A stretch of 64,000 nt of DNA, taken from NCBI GenBank assembly GCA_965209155.1, contig OZ242383.1, positions 1 to 64,000 on the forward strand, in the 5' to 3' direction. The DNA comes from a bacterium (GTDB lineage: Bacteria; SAR324; NAC60-12). The translations under genes and the position numbers were made by a program. This document shows, in pieces, positions 1 through 9,997 of the stretch (the stretch's first letter is position 1; each line of letters starts with the position of its first letter). The notes under the pieces are model-generated. The model was given only the letters and a program-made list of their open reading frames with translations, ran no database searches and was not told where the DNA came from.

Positions 1-476
1 TGAACGAAAAAGGCTGCCATGTTAGATCATGAAAAACTCGATGTATACCAATGTTCCATCGAATTTTTAGCGTTATCTGTCCAAGTCATCGAAACATTGC
101 CAAAAGGATACTCAGCCTTAGTTGACCAACTGAAAAGGGCCTCATGGTCGATTCCTCTCAATATCGCAGAAGGCTGTGGAAAAATTCCTTTCCTGACAAG
201 CAACGATTCTATGCATTGGCCCGAGGTTCCGCAATGGAATGCGCTGCTATTCTCGATGTTTTAAACGTGTTGAAGATCATCCAGCCTCCTTTATTTGACG
301 AAGGGAAACAGTTACTTCATCGCATTGTTTCTATGTTAACCAAAATGTGCCGTCGAATTCACTGACCGTTCACGAGCACGAGCACGGCTCACGGACACGG
401 ATACGTTTCTAATGTCTGACCGGCAAAGCCTATTAGGTTCGCACCAGCAGAGCTGGTGGTTTAATGAGATTAATTA
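1..476 (+). mobile_element. Four-helix-bundle-carrying IS200/IS605-like non-autonomous element, copy 1 (cut by window start)
   Basis: Near-identical to eight other copies; ends in CACCAGCAGAGCTGGTG hairpin then GTTTAATGAGATTAATTA. Confidence 0.8.
19..365 (+). pseudogene. Four helix bundle protein (IVP/bAvd-like), frameshifted
   Basis: One A missing in the GGAAAAAAT run relative to intact copies; split into ORFs 19..264 and 144..365; may be a sequencing error. Confidence 0.8.
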
Positions 477-639
477 TCAATTTTGCCATATTGAAGCCAA
501 CCTTCCGCGATCCGTGTCCTCCAAGCGGAAACGGCCCAGAGTTCCCTATCCCACTTTTTTGCTTAAATCAATCCATCTTTTATAACAAATTACTTTCATT
601 CGATCCCTTTCCAGTTTTGCACTCATTCACGCGCGTTTT

Positions 640-999
640 TTACAGATGTTGAGAATAGTTCGGACTTATTGACGACATGAATACATCGCGTATAAGGCAG
701 CCCTTCCCAAAATCTTCTGATTGTGTCTTCCCCGTGCTCTCATGGGTGAAATAGTGGTGGGTTATTTCTTGAATCGCCGTTTTGTAATACATATCACAAT
801 ACTTTTTTTCTGCCGGGACAAATATATTTTCCAATGTTCCGTTGTCTATAGCGTATTCTATTTGAAATTTGATGGCATTTTTAAGATCATCCAATGCACC
901 CTCAAAATTCTTGCCATATCCGCTGAGATTCATATCGACCGCAATGGCATACCAACCACCGTCCTCTGGCACCCCTAAAACTTTGAACGATAATTCCAT
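640..999 (-). CDS. HicB-like fold hypothetical protein
   Basis: 119 aa; EDGGWYAIAVDMNLSGYGKNFEGALDDLKNAI resembles a HicB N-terminal domain; AT-rich. Confidence 0.5.
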   Translation of the reverse strand: MELSFKVLGVPEDGGWYAIAVDMNLSGYGKNFEGALDDLKNAIKFQIEYAIDNGTLENIFVPAEKKYCDMYYKTAIQEITHHYFTHESTGKTQSEDFGKGCLIRDVFMSSISPNYSQHL

Positions 1000-1132
1000 C
1001 TTACTTCCCCCGAATTTAATTTCTTCCTCCTGATCTGGTTTGTTTACGGTTAAAAACTTTAACAGTTACGTTATAATTTTTAAACATATATCTACATACT
1101 TGTTACCTACAACTAAAAACGTGATAAAAAGT

Positions 1133-1303
1133 TATGCGAATCAGGAGTTGAAATTTAATTTATAAAATCAATAATTTAATAATTTTGCTGTGTCATGCCG
1201 GACGGGAACCGGTATGCAGGGATTGCGCCGAATTTCCACATCCTCGTCGTCTGGGTTGCTGGTCAAGCCAGGAAGGACACCCTTATTAATTGAGCCTGAT
1301 TCC
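1133..1303. repeat. MITE-like repeat enclosing REP-like palindromes
   Basis: First ~65 nt (TATGCGAATCAGGAGTTGAAATTT...TGTGTCATGC) match 24968-25029; imperfect terminal inverted repeat GAATCAGG/CCTGATTC. Confidence 0.55.
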
Positions 1304-1337
1304 GAGTCACGAACGCAGGTTTTGAAAAAAGAGACCG

Positions 1338-2216
1338 TCATAAATTCCAACCGAGCGAAAAAACGATACTGAATATCAATAGCAACTTTCCGGTATCCGC
1401 CAGGGTCGCGTTGAGCAGGACGCTTTCACTGTGAGTGAACACGGTTTTTATTACCGGAATGGCCACGACCAGGGTCAGGATGGCAAAGAGGGCAAAGGGA
1501 TGCTCTTTCGTATAAAAGTAAAGCACGATGGGAACAAACCCGGCCAGGGTGAGCAAAACCAGGTATTCAACCTGCGAAAACCGTTTACCGAAACGCACGG
1601 CCAGGGTATTTTTCCGGGCAGCACGATCTTGATCCCTATCCCGTAGATTGTTCACTGTTAAAATGGCAGTGGAAATCAAACCAGGAGCCAGACCCGCGAC
1701 CAGGACGGGTACGTTGAGATTCAAGCCCTGCACGTAGTACGTACCCGCCACAGCTACGGGACCAAAGAAAACCAGCACGAAGAGATCGGCAAACCCGGTG
1801 TAGGCCGTAGCGAAAGGAGTGGCGGTATAGAGCAGTCCGGAGAGAATGCACGTCAGACCGATCCAGAAGGCCAACCAACCTCCACGCCAGACCAGGAACA
1901 ATCCGCAAAAGATGGCCAGCGCGAATACCAGGATAAATGCCCTCCTCATGGTTTCCGGTTTCACCAATCCCGCTTGGGTGGCACGCAAGGGACCCACTCT
2001 TTCACGGGTATCCGCACCTTTGAGGAAATCGAAATAGTCATTGGCGAAATTCGTCCCGATTTGAATCAAAACGGCCACTAGTAAAGCAGCGAGCGCGGAA
2101 GGCCCATGCCAGAGACCTGCTTCGAAAGCCATGGCGCTGCCGATGAGCACGGGAGAAACGGAAGCCCATAATGTCTGGGGACGGGATGCCAGTATCCAAA
2201 TCCGCATGGCTTCCAT
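1338..2216 (-). CDS. menA: 1,4-dihydroxy-2-naphthoate polyprenyltransferase
   Basis: UbiA-family motifs NFANDYFDFLKGAD and NNLRDRDQDRAARKNTLAVRFG; hydrophobic helices. Confidence 0.93.
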   Translation of the reverse strand: MEAMRIWILASRPQTLWASVSPVLIGSAMAFEAGLWHGPSALAALLVAVLIQIGTNFANDYFDFLKGADTRERVGPLRATQAGLVKPETMRRAFILVFALAIFCGLFLVWRGGWLAFWIGLTCILSGLLYTATPFATAYTGFADLFVLVFFGPVAVAGTYYVQGLNLNVPVLVAGLAPGLISTAILTVNNLRDRDQDRAARKNTLAVRFGKRFSQVEYLVLLTLAGFVPIVLYFYTKEHPFALFAILTLVVAIPVIKTVFTHSESVLLNATLADTGKLLLIFSIVFSLGWNL

Positions 2217-2732
2217 TTATTCATTTTCGGAGGCTTCGCATTCCTGGGCGACGTCGATACCGAGAAGCGGTTTCAACGCTTTTTTGGAATCGAGGACGAT
2301 TTTCGAGTTATCAGTGAAGGTGACGTCGATCTTGTCGACCTGTAAGCAAACCATTGAAGATCGATACCAATCACCAAGCCACAGGACCCGGTTGAAGGGA
2401 GCGCCCTCTTTCTTATCCATGGGAGGGTAATTTCCGCTCAACGTCGATTGCTCATCCAGGAGTTTTTTTCCGTCTTTGTCGTAAACGGAAATAAAAAAAC
2501 GCGCACGGTAAATGGTTTTGGGACCGGGATTGTACCAGATCAGTTCCACCGGGGTGACGATGTTGGGTTTCAGCATGATGGAACTGATAAAAATCGGGGC
2601 GCTCGTCTCTTGCGCGTCTCTCAGCTTCTGCGTAGTAAAAATGCCCCCGCACCCTGTTAAGATCAGTGACAGTAATAAGATTTGACACCTTCTTACCTGT
2701 CTCATTTTGCCTCCAATAAATGATTCATTCAC
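2217..2732 (-). CDS. Hypothetical lipoprotein
   Basis: Lipobox-like LILTGC after a hydrophobic stretch; stop abuts menA start; true start may be the second Met. Confidence 0.6.
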   Translation of the reverse strand: MNESFIGGKMRQVRRCQILLLSLILTGCGGIFTTQKLRDAQETSAPIFISSIMLKPNIVTPVELIWYNPGPKTIYRARFFISVYDKDGKKLLDEQSTLSGNYPPMDKKEGAPFNRVLWLGDWYRSSMVCLQVDKIDVTFTDNSKIVLDSKKALKPLLGIDVAQECEASENE

Positions 2733-3096
2733 AATCGAACCTCGGATTCAGCGCTCCTGACGATATTTTTCTCTCCATGAAAGGATCCATTAGCGATCTG
2801 CAAAAATATGTTTTGATCATCAAAATCTCACCACTCCTCCAATAAGCAATCACTTCCCCACAAAATAACCAATACCGCAGTCACTTTTGTGCCTGAAATG
2901 TTCCATGAATCCCAAATGGAGCTCTGGTTGCAAAATTTCTTCACGTAACCTTCATGGAAAAGTTTTCCACCCCAGAGAATGAAAATAATTTCAAAGGGTT
3001 ATCCCAATATTTTCACGGTAACATCCAATAATGATAGTTGTGAATCGAGTATCACGGATCAGACTCACCCTCGAACGTCGAAAGAGCATGTGAGAA

Positions 3097-3182
3097 TGGT
3101 GCCGAAGGGGAGACTCGAACTCCCACGGGCATAGCCCACTGCCCCCTCAAGACAGCGTGTCTACCGGTTTCACCACTTCGGC
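3097..3182 (-). tRNA. tRNA-Leu (GAG)
   Basis: Reverse complement GCCGAAGTGGTGAAACCGGTAGACACGCTGTCTTGAGGGGGCAG...GGAGTTCGAGTCTCCCCTTCGGCACCA; long variable arm, encoded CCA. Confidence 0.97.
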
Positions 3183-3194
3183 GAATTGTAAAAG

Positions 3195-3422
3195 AACCCG
3201 AGTTCGAAATAAGCATTCAATCAATTCAATGTGTTATGGAATCCTCATATCATAGAGAATCCTTGTCCTTCCTGTCTTGACCAGGGATCCAGGGAATCAA
3301 ATATGTCATTCCTGCGAAATCAGGAATCCAGAGCTATTCGGAATCGAGCAACCCCGCTTATGCGAGGAGGACAAATACTCTAAGATATTCCTATTCGTGA
3401 AGAGTAATGTCGAAATCGGGTT
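3195..3422. mobile_element. MITE with IS982-type terminal inverted repeats containing REP-like palindromes
   Basis: AACCCGAGTTCGAAATAA ... TAATGTCGAAATCGGGTT; similar to the TIRs at 59451 and 60456. Confidence 0.65.
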
Positions 3423-3594
3423 ACAAGTGGTACTTTATAAAAGGTTTCGGGGGAATTACAAGTGATTTTTCTTCCCCATCTCCTCCGAAAAGAGCCCGAA
3501 GGTTGATTTTTATTCGCAAACCTGTTAACCTGATTGCCTTGAACCCGGTAAAAAACCAACTGCCGTTTAAAAAATACGCATTCATAGAGTATGA

Positions 3595-3948
3595 TTGATG
3601 CCCAGGAAGAAACTCGTTTATAAAATCATTTTCCTCAACCAGGGGAAAATCTATGAAATTTATGCAAGACAAGTCAACCAAAGTGGAATCTTTGGTTTCA
3701 TCGAAGTCGAAGGGTTGTTTTTTGGTGAAAAATCCGAAGTCTTGATCGATCCGGTCGAAGAGCGGCTCAAGGGGGAATTTTCAGGAGTGGAAAGGACCTA
3801 TATTCCGATGAATGCCGTGATACGCATCGATGAAGTTGAAAAAAGAGGTGCCAATCGCGTGACTTCGTTCTCTTCCAAGTCAGACAACGTCACCCCATTT
3901 CCGGTTTCCAATCTCGTCGTTCCGGGAGAAGGACCTCAAAAGAAATAA
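3595..3948 (+). CDS. DUF1820 family protein
   Basis: YKIIFLNQGKIYEIYA...FGFIEVE...VEERLKGEF...YIPMNAVIRIDEV pattern. Confidence 0.8.
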   Translation: MMPRKKLVYKIIFLNQGKIYEIYARQVNQSGIFGFIEVEGLFFGEKSEVLIDPVEERLKGEFSGVERTYIPMNAVIRIDEVEKRGANRVTSFSSKSDNVTPFPVSNLVVPGEGPQKK

Positions 3949-4109
3949 GCGTTCGAGTCGAGAACTGAATGTTGCGGGTGAAATCGCTCTTCTCGGTGCA
4001 CTTCCCATCCCGGCGATTCTCACTCCGTTTTCCGGAGAATCTCCAGCTTTCCACCTCAACCACGGGAGAGCCGGGAACAATCCGACCACCGTTCCGGTCA
4101 GCATCCATG

Positions 4110-4403
4110 CTAATGGTGACGTATTTTTTGAGCTTTCCGCAAGATTTGGATTTTCATGGTATCCACGCTTTTTCCAATGGCTTTGTATAAATTTTCGTGG
4201 GTGGCGTTGCTGGAGAGGGATTTTCCCATATAAGTGCAATTGATCACCGCGTGGTGGTGTCGCTCATCGCTTTCCTTGATCAAATGTATATGGAAAGTGT
4301 ATTTATTTTCGGTGATTTGAAGCAATTCCCGCATCTCCTCATGCACGTGTTCGATGACCGATTCCGAATGTTTCATGTTTTTGAAAGCAATGTGAATACT
4401 CAT
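4110..4403 (-). CDS. hpf: Ribosome hibernation factor (HPF/RaiA family)
   Basis: 97 aa; MSIHIAFKNMKHSESVIEHV...NLYKAIGKSVDTMKIQILR. Confidence 0.75.
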   Translation of the reverse strand: MSIHIAFKNMKHSESVIEHVHEEMRELLQITENKYTFHIHLIKESDERHHHAVINCTYMGKSLSSNATHENLYKAIGKSVDTMKIQILRKAQKIRHH

Positions 4404-4549
4404 AAATCCTTTGCTGAAATTTTGTTAGAACATGAATGAAAATCCCATTAAGCTGAATTCTACATAAAATCATCGACATGTCAAGCGGACGCGATGACTG
4501 CAGAGAAATTGGATCGGGGACTGGTCAGACATTTCCCATTGCGTTATAA

Positions 4550-5116
4550 TAATTAATCTCATTAAACCACCAGCTCTGCTGGTGCGAACCTAATAGGCTT
4601 TGCCGGTCAGACATGAGAAACGTATCCGTGTCCGTGAGCCGTGCTCGTGCTCGTGAACGGTCAGTGAATTCGACGGCACATTTTGGTTAACATAGAAACA
4701 ATGCGATGAAGTAACTGTTTCCCTTCGTCAAATAAAGGAGGCTGGATGATCTTCAACACGTTTAAAACATCGAGAATAGCAGCGCATTCCATTGCGGAAC
4801 CTCGGGCAAATGCACAGAATCGTTGCTTGTCAGGAAAGGAATTTTTTCCACAGCCTTCTGCGATATTGAGAGGAATCGACCATGAGGCCCTTTTCAGTTG
4901 GTCAACTAAGGCTGAGTATCCTTTTGGCAATGTTTCGATGACTTGGACAGATAACGCTAAAAATTCGATGGAACATTGGTATACATCGAGTTTTTCATGA
5001 TCTAACATGGCAGCCTTTTTCGTTCACGAGCACGAGCACGTCTTACGATGACGAACACGTTTTGCCCCCATCCTGGGGGCCTCTTCAAGCCACCGGCTCT
5101 GCCGGTGGTGATGACT
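4550..5116 (-). mobile_element. Four-helix-bundle element, copy 2
   Basis: Full-length inverted copy, TAATTAATCTC...GCCGGTGGTGATGACT. Confidence 0.85.
4661..5008 (-). CDS. Four helix bundle protein (IVP/bAvd-like)
   Basis: 115 aa; HEKLDVYQ, DQLKRASWSIPLNIAEG, ARGSAMEC motifs. Confidence 0.9.
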   Translation of the reverse strand: MLDHEKLDVYQCSIEFLALSVQVIETLPKGYSALVDQLKRASWSIPLNIAEGCGKNSFPDKQRFCAFARGSAMECAAILDVLNVLKIIQPPLFDEGKQLLHRIVSMLTKMCRRIH

Positions 5117-5192
5117 ACGTATCCCGAGCGGCACCTTCCCGGGTTGGAAGATCACCTTTCCGGAATACGATTCCGATCTGAAAAAGGTTTGA

Positions 5193-6415
5193 ATATGATC
5201 CAGCATAGTGAAAAATCCCCTGCGGATTCCGTCCCTCATTCCATCAATTTGAAAGCAACCATGCAGGGTATTTTTCGTTTTGCGGGAGACCGCTTTCCCA
5301 AAAACAGCGCTCGCATCGACCCGAGCCGCATCACCTATATCAATCACAGCTCCCTTTTGGAAATGTTGAGGAAAACCGTCTCCACGATCAAGTCGGACGC
5401 GCTTCCCATCGAGCCGGCCGGTTTGAAAGACATTTTGTTCGTGACCTGGCTTTCTCTGGCATACCTGCAATTTCATTTGAATTTGCTCGAATCGGGCCGG
5501 GTCCATTTGTGGGAGTACCTGGAAACTCAATTCAAGTGGCTGCGTTATCTCAAGTGGACGCGAACCCATGATGCGTATCGTCGATATAAGCGACTCGAGG
5601 AGCAACAGCGGGATTCACGGCAGGTTTGGGAGCAATTGAACCGCGCTTATGGGGAATTGCGCCATACGATTCGACGTGGCGCGCTGGCTGTCGTCAAAGC
5701 GGACGTCTCTCCTGCGGAACGCCAGTCGATCATCGACGTCGAAAAACTGGAACACTCCCGGACGGCCTTGGCGGCACTGCTCGATGAAATCGAAGACCAG
5801 CAGCATCGAGCACGAAAAATGAAGAAATTCTTTTTATATGCTTCGGATCGTTTGCGCATTCACAACAAGTTTCGCAGCGCCAATTCGGCCCTCGAGAATT
5901 TGCCGGTTCAACTCGAAAAAGCCGAGCTGGATCCTTCCTTCGTCACGGCAAACCGGGTGAAAGAGTTGCATTTCAAGGAAAGAAAATACTTGCGCTGGCG
6001 TATTTCCGATAAATACATTCTGCGCCAGCTCAATAAACGTCAGTTCCCCCTGAAAACGCTCCTCGAGGATCTCGACCGCTTGCTGCAATCCGAATCCCAC
6101 AAATTGAACTTGTATGCCAATCGCGTTACCAACCTGGGATATTTGCTGAGGTTCACTCCCTCCCCTTCCAATCCACAAATTTCAAGAATATTCGATACCG
6201 GGAATGAATCAGCTCCCTTACCGGATCTCGTACCGGATTCGTCAAAACACGAAGCGGCATCCGCGAATGGGTCTTCCCCGCCAGACGGTTCTTCTGCGAC
6301 TACGCGAGATGCTGGACGGGAAATGGGCCATTCGGTGTTGAATTTGAGCATGGAAGAGATCGATGAAACCAACCAACCCTCCCCGCTTTCGCGGGGACAA
6401 GTTTCGCGGGAATGA
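5193..6415 (+). CDS. Hypothetical helical/coiled-coil protein
   Basis: Long ORF 5048..6415; the listed start lies inside the repeat element, so the real start is likely downstream (start approximate). Confidence 0.6.
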
Positions 6416-6551
6416 CATAGCGGGAATTACGGACTTTCACTCTCTCGAAATTGTATTGGCATTGCCGATCGCTCATGCTAGATTTCTCCGGTAATTCATT
6501 CCTGCATCTTCCGGAATAAGTACTTCTCTCCGTTCAGACGAAATCACCTTT

Positions 6552-7811
6552 ATGCTCGATATCAAGATCATCCGCAGCAACATGGAGCAGGTTGTGGCAA
6601 ACTGCCGCAACCGGCAAATCGAGGTCGACATTCCCGGGTTGATGACGCTCGACGAGCAATCACGGCAATTGAAAGGAGAATTGGACAGCTTGCGCCAAAG
6701 ACGCAATGCGCTCAGCGCACGATTGAAGCATCCATCCACCCGCAATGAACGGCAACCCTGGATCGAGGAGGCGAAAAACCTGCGAGAAAAAGTCACGCTC
6801 AAGGAACGGGAACTCGACCAGACTGCGCACGCCTTGCAGTCGTTGTTGCGTCGGGTACCCAACCTGACCCACCCGGAAACGCCGGTGGGAAAGACGGATG
6901 AAGACAATCGCGTCCTCCGGCAAGTGGGCGCTCCCCCTGCCTTTGATTTTGAGCCCCGGGATCACCTCTCGTTGATGGAAGCGCATGACCTGGCTGACTT
7001 TGGCGGAGGCGCCCGGGTTGCCGGACAAAAATTCTATTACTTGAAAAACGAAGCCGTATGGCTCGAGTTGGCATTGGTTCAACATGGTTTGAAAATCTTG
7101 AAAAACGCAGGATTCACGCCCTTCATCACGCCCGACGTGGCCCGGCAGGATATTGTGGATGGCATCGGATTCAATCCACGCGGAGAGGAAAGTCAAATTT
7201 ATTCTATCGAAAATTCCGATCTATGCCTGATTGCCACTTCTGAAATCACCCTCGGCGGCCGCTTGCGCGACTCGATTTTCCAGGAGACCGACTTGCCATT
7301 ACGCCATGCCGGACTTTCCCATTGTTTTCGCACCGAAGCCGGCGCAGCGGGTCGTGAATCGAAGGGGCTCTACCGGGTCCATCAATTCACTAAATTGGAA
7401 ATGTTCATATTTTGCCACCCGGACCATTCGGAGGAGATGCACGACGAACTGCTGGCTCTCGAAGAAAAAATCTATCAGGATTTGAACATCCCGTACCGCA
7501 TTGTCGACGTCTGCACGGGGGACTTGGGGGCGCAGGCATATCGAAAATTCGACTTGGAAGCCTGGATGCCGGGACGAGGCAGGTGGGGAGAAATCACGTC
7601 GGCCTCCAACTGCGGCGATTACCAGGCGCGTCGTTTGAACATCCGATTCAAGGACAAAAAAACGGGTAAAAATCGCTTTGCGCACTTACTCAATGGCACG
7701 GCCATCGCCGTCTCCCGTACGTTGATCGCCCTTCTCGAAAACGGGCAGCAGTCCGATGGCTCCATTCGCTTGCCCGAATGCCTCGCGCTGCCCGACATCG
7801 TCGGCAAATAA
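6552..7811 (+). CDS. serS: Serine--tRNA ligase
   Basis: MLDIKIIR start; motif 2 CFRTEAGAAGRESKGLYRVHQFTKLEM; HLLNGTAIAVSR. Confidence 0.97.
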   Translation: MLDIKIIRSNMEQVVANCRNRQIEVDIPGLMTLDEQSRQLKGELDSLRQRRNALSARLKHPSTRNERQPWIEEAKNLREKVTLKERELDQTAHALQSLLRRVPNLTHPETPVGKTDEDNRVLRQVGAPPAFDFEPRDHLSLMEAHDLADFGGGARVAGQKFYYLKNEAVWLELALVQHGLKILKNAGFTPFITPDVARQDIVDGIGFNPRGEESQIYSIENSDLCLIATSEITLGGRLRDSIFQETDLPLRHAGLSHCFRTEAGAAGRESKGLYRVHQFTKLEMFIFCHPDHSEEMHDELLALEEKIYQDLNIPYRIVDVCTGDLGAQAYRKFDLEAWMPGRGRWGEITSASNCGDYQARRLNIRFKDKKTGKNRFAHLLNGTAIAVSRTLIALLENGQQSDGSIRLPECLALPDIVGK

Positions 7812-8017
7812 GGATGCTCCATGACTCCCGCAACCTTTCATCCGGTGATTGAAATTTCAATTCGTCATTTCCACGTAACGAGTGAAGCGCTCGCCCCCTA
7901 CCACGATTCCTGGTCGGAACCAGGAATGAGAAGTCAGCGCCTGGTCGGAATGACAACGTTGAGGCGGGTCGGCGGGAGAAAACCTTATACGCATTTTTGC
8001 TTTAGAGTATCAACCTG

Positions 8018-9991
8018 ATGGACAAGCTTGTATTTTTATTAAAATACATACGTGCGCACACCTTGTCTTACAGCGCAGGCATCGCCTTTGTGATCGCCAC
8101 CAATTGGATCGCGGTCACCATTCCGGAATACGTGCAGAAAAGCATTGATTTGCTCGTCGTAGGATACCAGGTGACTCCCGACTCCCTGGCCCGTATCGAA
8201 TCCGAACTCGTCTCACGACCCGGCTTTTCAGCGGAGATTATGCAGGTCTTGAAGAGTCTGGAAAACCAGTCATTCGAAGACGAGGAACGTTTTCTCGAGG
8301 TCTTGCGAAATGTCCTCGGAACGGACGAAACGGAGCGTTTCCAGGAGATCATCTTCCAGCATACCTACCTCACGGACACGCTTACCAAAAACCAGGAATT
8401 GTTGCTTCGCTATTTATTCATCATGCTCGCCCTGGCCTGCGCCATGATCGTGGTGCGCACCCTTTCGCGGACTTTATTCTTCACCCCGGGTCGCGCCATC
8501 GAATGTGAAGTGAAAAACGACTTATTCGCGAAGCTGATGGAATTGCAGAAAGATTATCACGAGCAGCACCCTTCCGGTACCGTCATTTCCCGGCTCAATA
8601 ACGACATCATGGGTTTGCGGATGATGTGTGGATTTGGTCTGATGCAGGTGGTCAACATCTGCACCGCCCTTTCCCTCACTCCCTACAAAATGTGGCAGCT
8701 CTCTCCGGCCCTGACCTTCTATTGTATCATCCCCATCATTTTCATTTTCATCATTGTGCGTTTTGGCATGCATTTCATGGTGATCAACATGCGCCAGAGA
8801 ATGCAGCGCTTGCAGGAGCTCTCCGCCTTCACCGTTTCTTCGTTATCCGGGATCGACGTCATCAAGGGCTTTGAAATGCACGATTGGTCGCGAACGGAGT
8901 TTTCCGGAAAAAATCGATCCATGCGCCGTCTCTCCCTCAACCTGGCCCGGATTCGCTCTTTTTTCCTGTCCCTGCTCAGTAACATGGAGCACGTGCTTAA
9001 AATTCTCGTTTTGTTCGTGGGGGGTATTTTTGTCATTGAAGAAGAATTCACCATCGGCGAATTGACGGCTTTCATCACGTACGCAGCCCTGCTGACCATG
9101 CCCCTGATGGCCTTGGGTTGGGTTTCCACCATGATCCAGCAAGGGATGGTCGGCATCGAAAGCCTGCAAACCGTGGCCAGGCAAAAAGCGCCTCATCGTC
9201 AGATTCCCGCATTGCCTGCCAAGGAAGCGGCTCATCTTTTTGACGAAGGCCTGCTCGTTCGGAACCTCCATTTTCGTTATCCCAACCAGACCTCGGATAC
9301 GCTGCGAGGGATTGATTTTCAAATTTTACCCGGACAGACCATTGGAATTCTGGGACGCATCGGCTCCGGAAAAACGACCCTGGTCCATTGCCTGAATCGC
9401 TACGTCGAGGCGGGAGACGACCAGATCTTTCTTTCAGGAAAAGCGATCAATTCCCTCGCTCACTCGGATATCCGCCGTACGATTCGAACGGTCACCCAGG
9501 ACCCTTTTTTATTTTCCGACACGGTTGAGGAAAATATCCACTTTGGCAGTATCGAAAACCAGGATTTGGTGCCCACGGACCTGGAAAATATCCTTTATGA
9601 ATGCGCCTTGGAAGATGAAGTTCGCCGCTTCCCTCAACAAGAGAAAACGATGGTGGGAGAAAAAGGAATCATGCTTTCCGGAGGGCAAAAACAACGAATC
9701 AGCCTCGCGCGCGCGATGGTGGCCCCTTGTGATTTGCTCATCCTGGACAACGTACTTTCGGCCGTCGACTCGGAAACGGAGAGTTTTCTCCTCGAGCAAA
9801 TCCTGCGTAAACAACACGCGCGCAGTTTGCTGATCGTCTCCCACCGCGCCAAGACCATGGAAAACGCCGATTGGATCCTGGTCTTGGAGGAGGGAAAAAT
9901 CGTCGACCAGGGCCAGCACCAGGAATTGATCGATCGTCCGGGATATTACCGGGAAACCTGGCTCCTGCAAAATGAAACCGCCTTAGCCTGA
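8018..9991 (+). CDS. ABC exporter permease/ATP-binding subunit (MdlA-like)
   Basis: TMD plus Walker A GRIGSGKT and signature LSGGQKQR; degenerate Walker B LILDN. Confidence 0.9.
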   Translation: MDKLVFLLKYIRAHTLSYSAGIAFVIATNWIAVTIPEYVQKSIDLLVVGYQVTPDSLARIESELVSRPGFSAEIMQVLKSLENQSFEDEERFLEVLRNVLGTDETERFQEIIFQHTYLTDTLTKNQELLLRYLFIMLALACAMIVVRTLSRTLFFTPGRAIECEVKNDLFAKLMELQKDYHEQHPSGTVISRLNNDIMGLRMMCGFGLMQVVNICTALSLTPYKMWQLSPALTFYCIIPIIFIFIIVRFGMHFMVINMRQRMQRLQELSAFTVSSLSGIDVIKGFEMHDWSRTEFSGKNRSMRRLSLNLARIRSFFLSLLSNMEHVLKILVLFVGGIFVIEEEFTIGELTAFITYAALLTMPLMALGWVSTMIQQGMVGIESLQTVARQKAPHRQIPALPAKEAAHLFDEGLLVRNLHFRYPNQTSDTLRGIDFQILPGQTIGILGRIGSGKTTLVHCLNRYVEAGDDQIFLSGKAINSLAHSDIRRTIRTVTQDPFLFSDTVEENIHFGSIENQDLVPTDLENILYECALEDEVRRFPQQEKTMVGEKGIMLSGGQKQRISLARAMVAPCDLLILDNVLSAVDSETESFLLEQILRKQHARSLLIVSHRAKTMENADWILVLEEGKIVDQGQHQELIDRPGYYRETWLLQNETALA

Positions 9992-9997
9992 TCGTCT

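Noticed and set aside
484..635. HicA toxin remnant downstream of the HicB-like gene
   Set aside because: Only a GKGS-like peptide in broken frames; insufficient evidence.
3097..3182. tRNA as integration site of a genomic island
   Set aside because: No integrase nearby and I found no duplicated tRNA 3' end in the window.
4661..5008. 23S rRNA intervening sequence
   Set aside because: The protein family fits, but no rRNA sequence flanks any copy.
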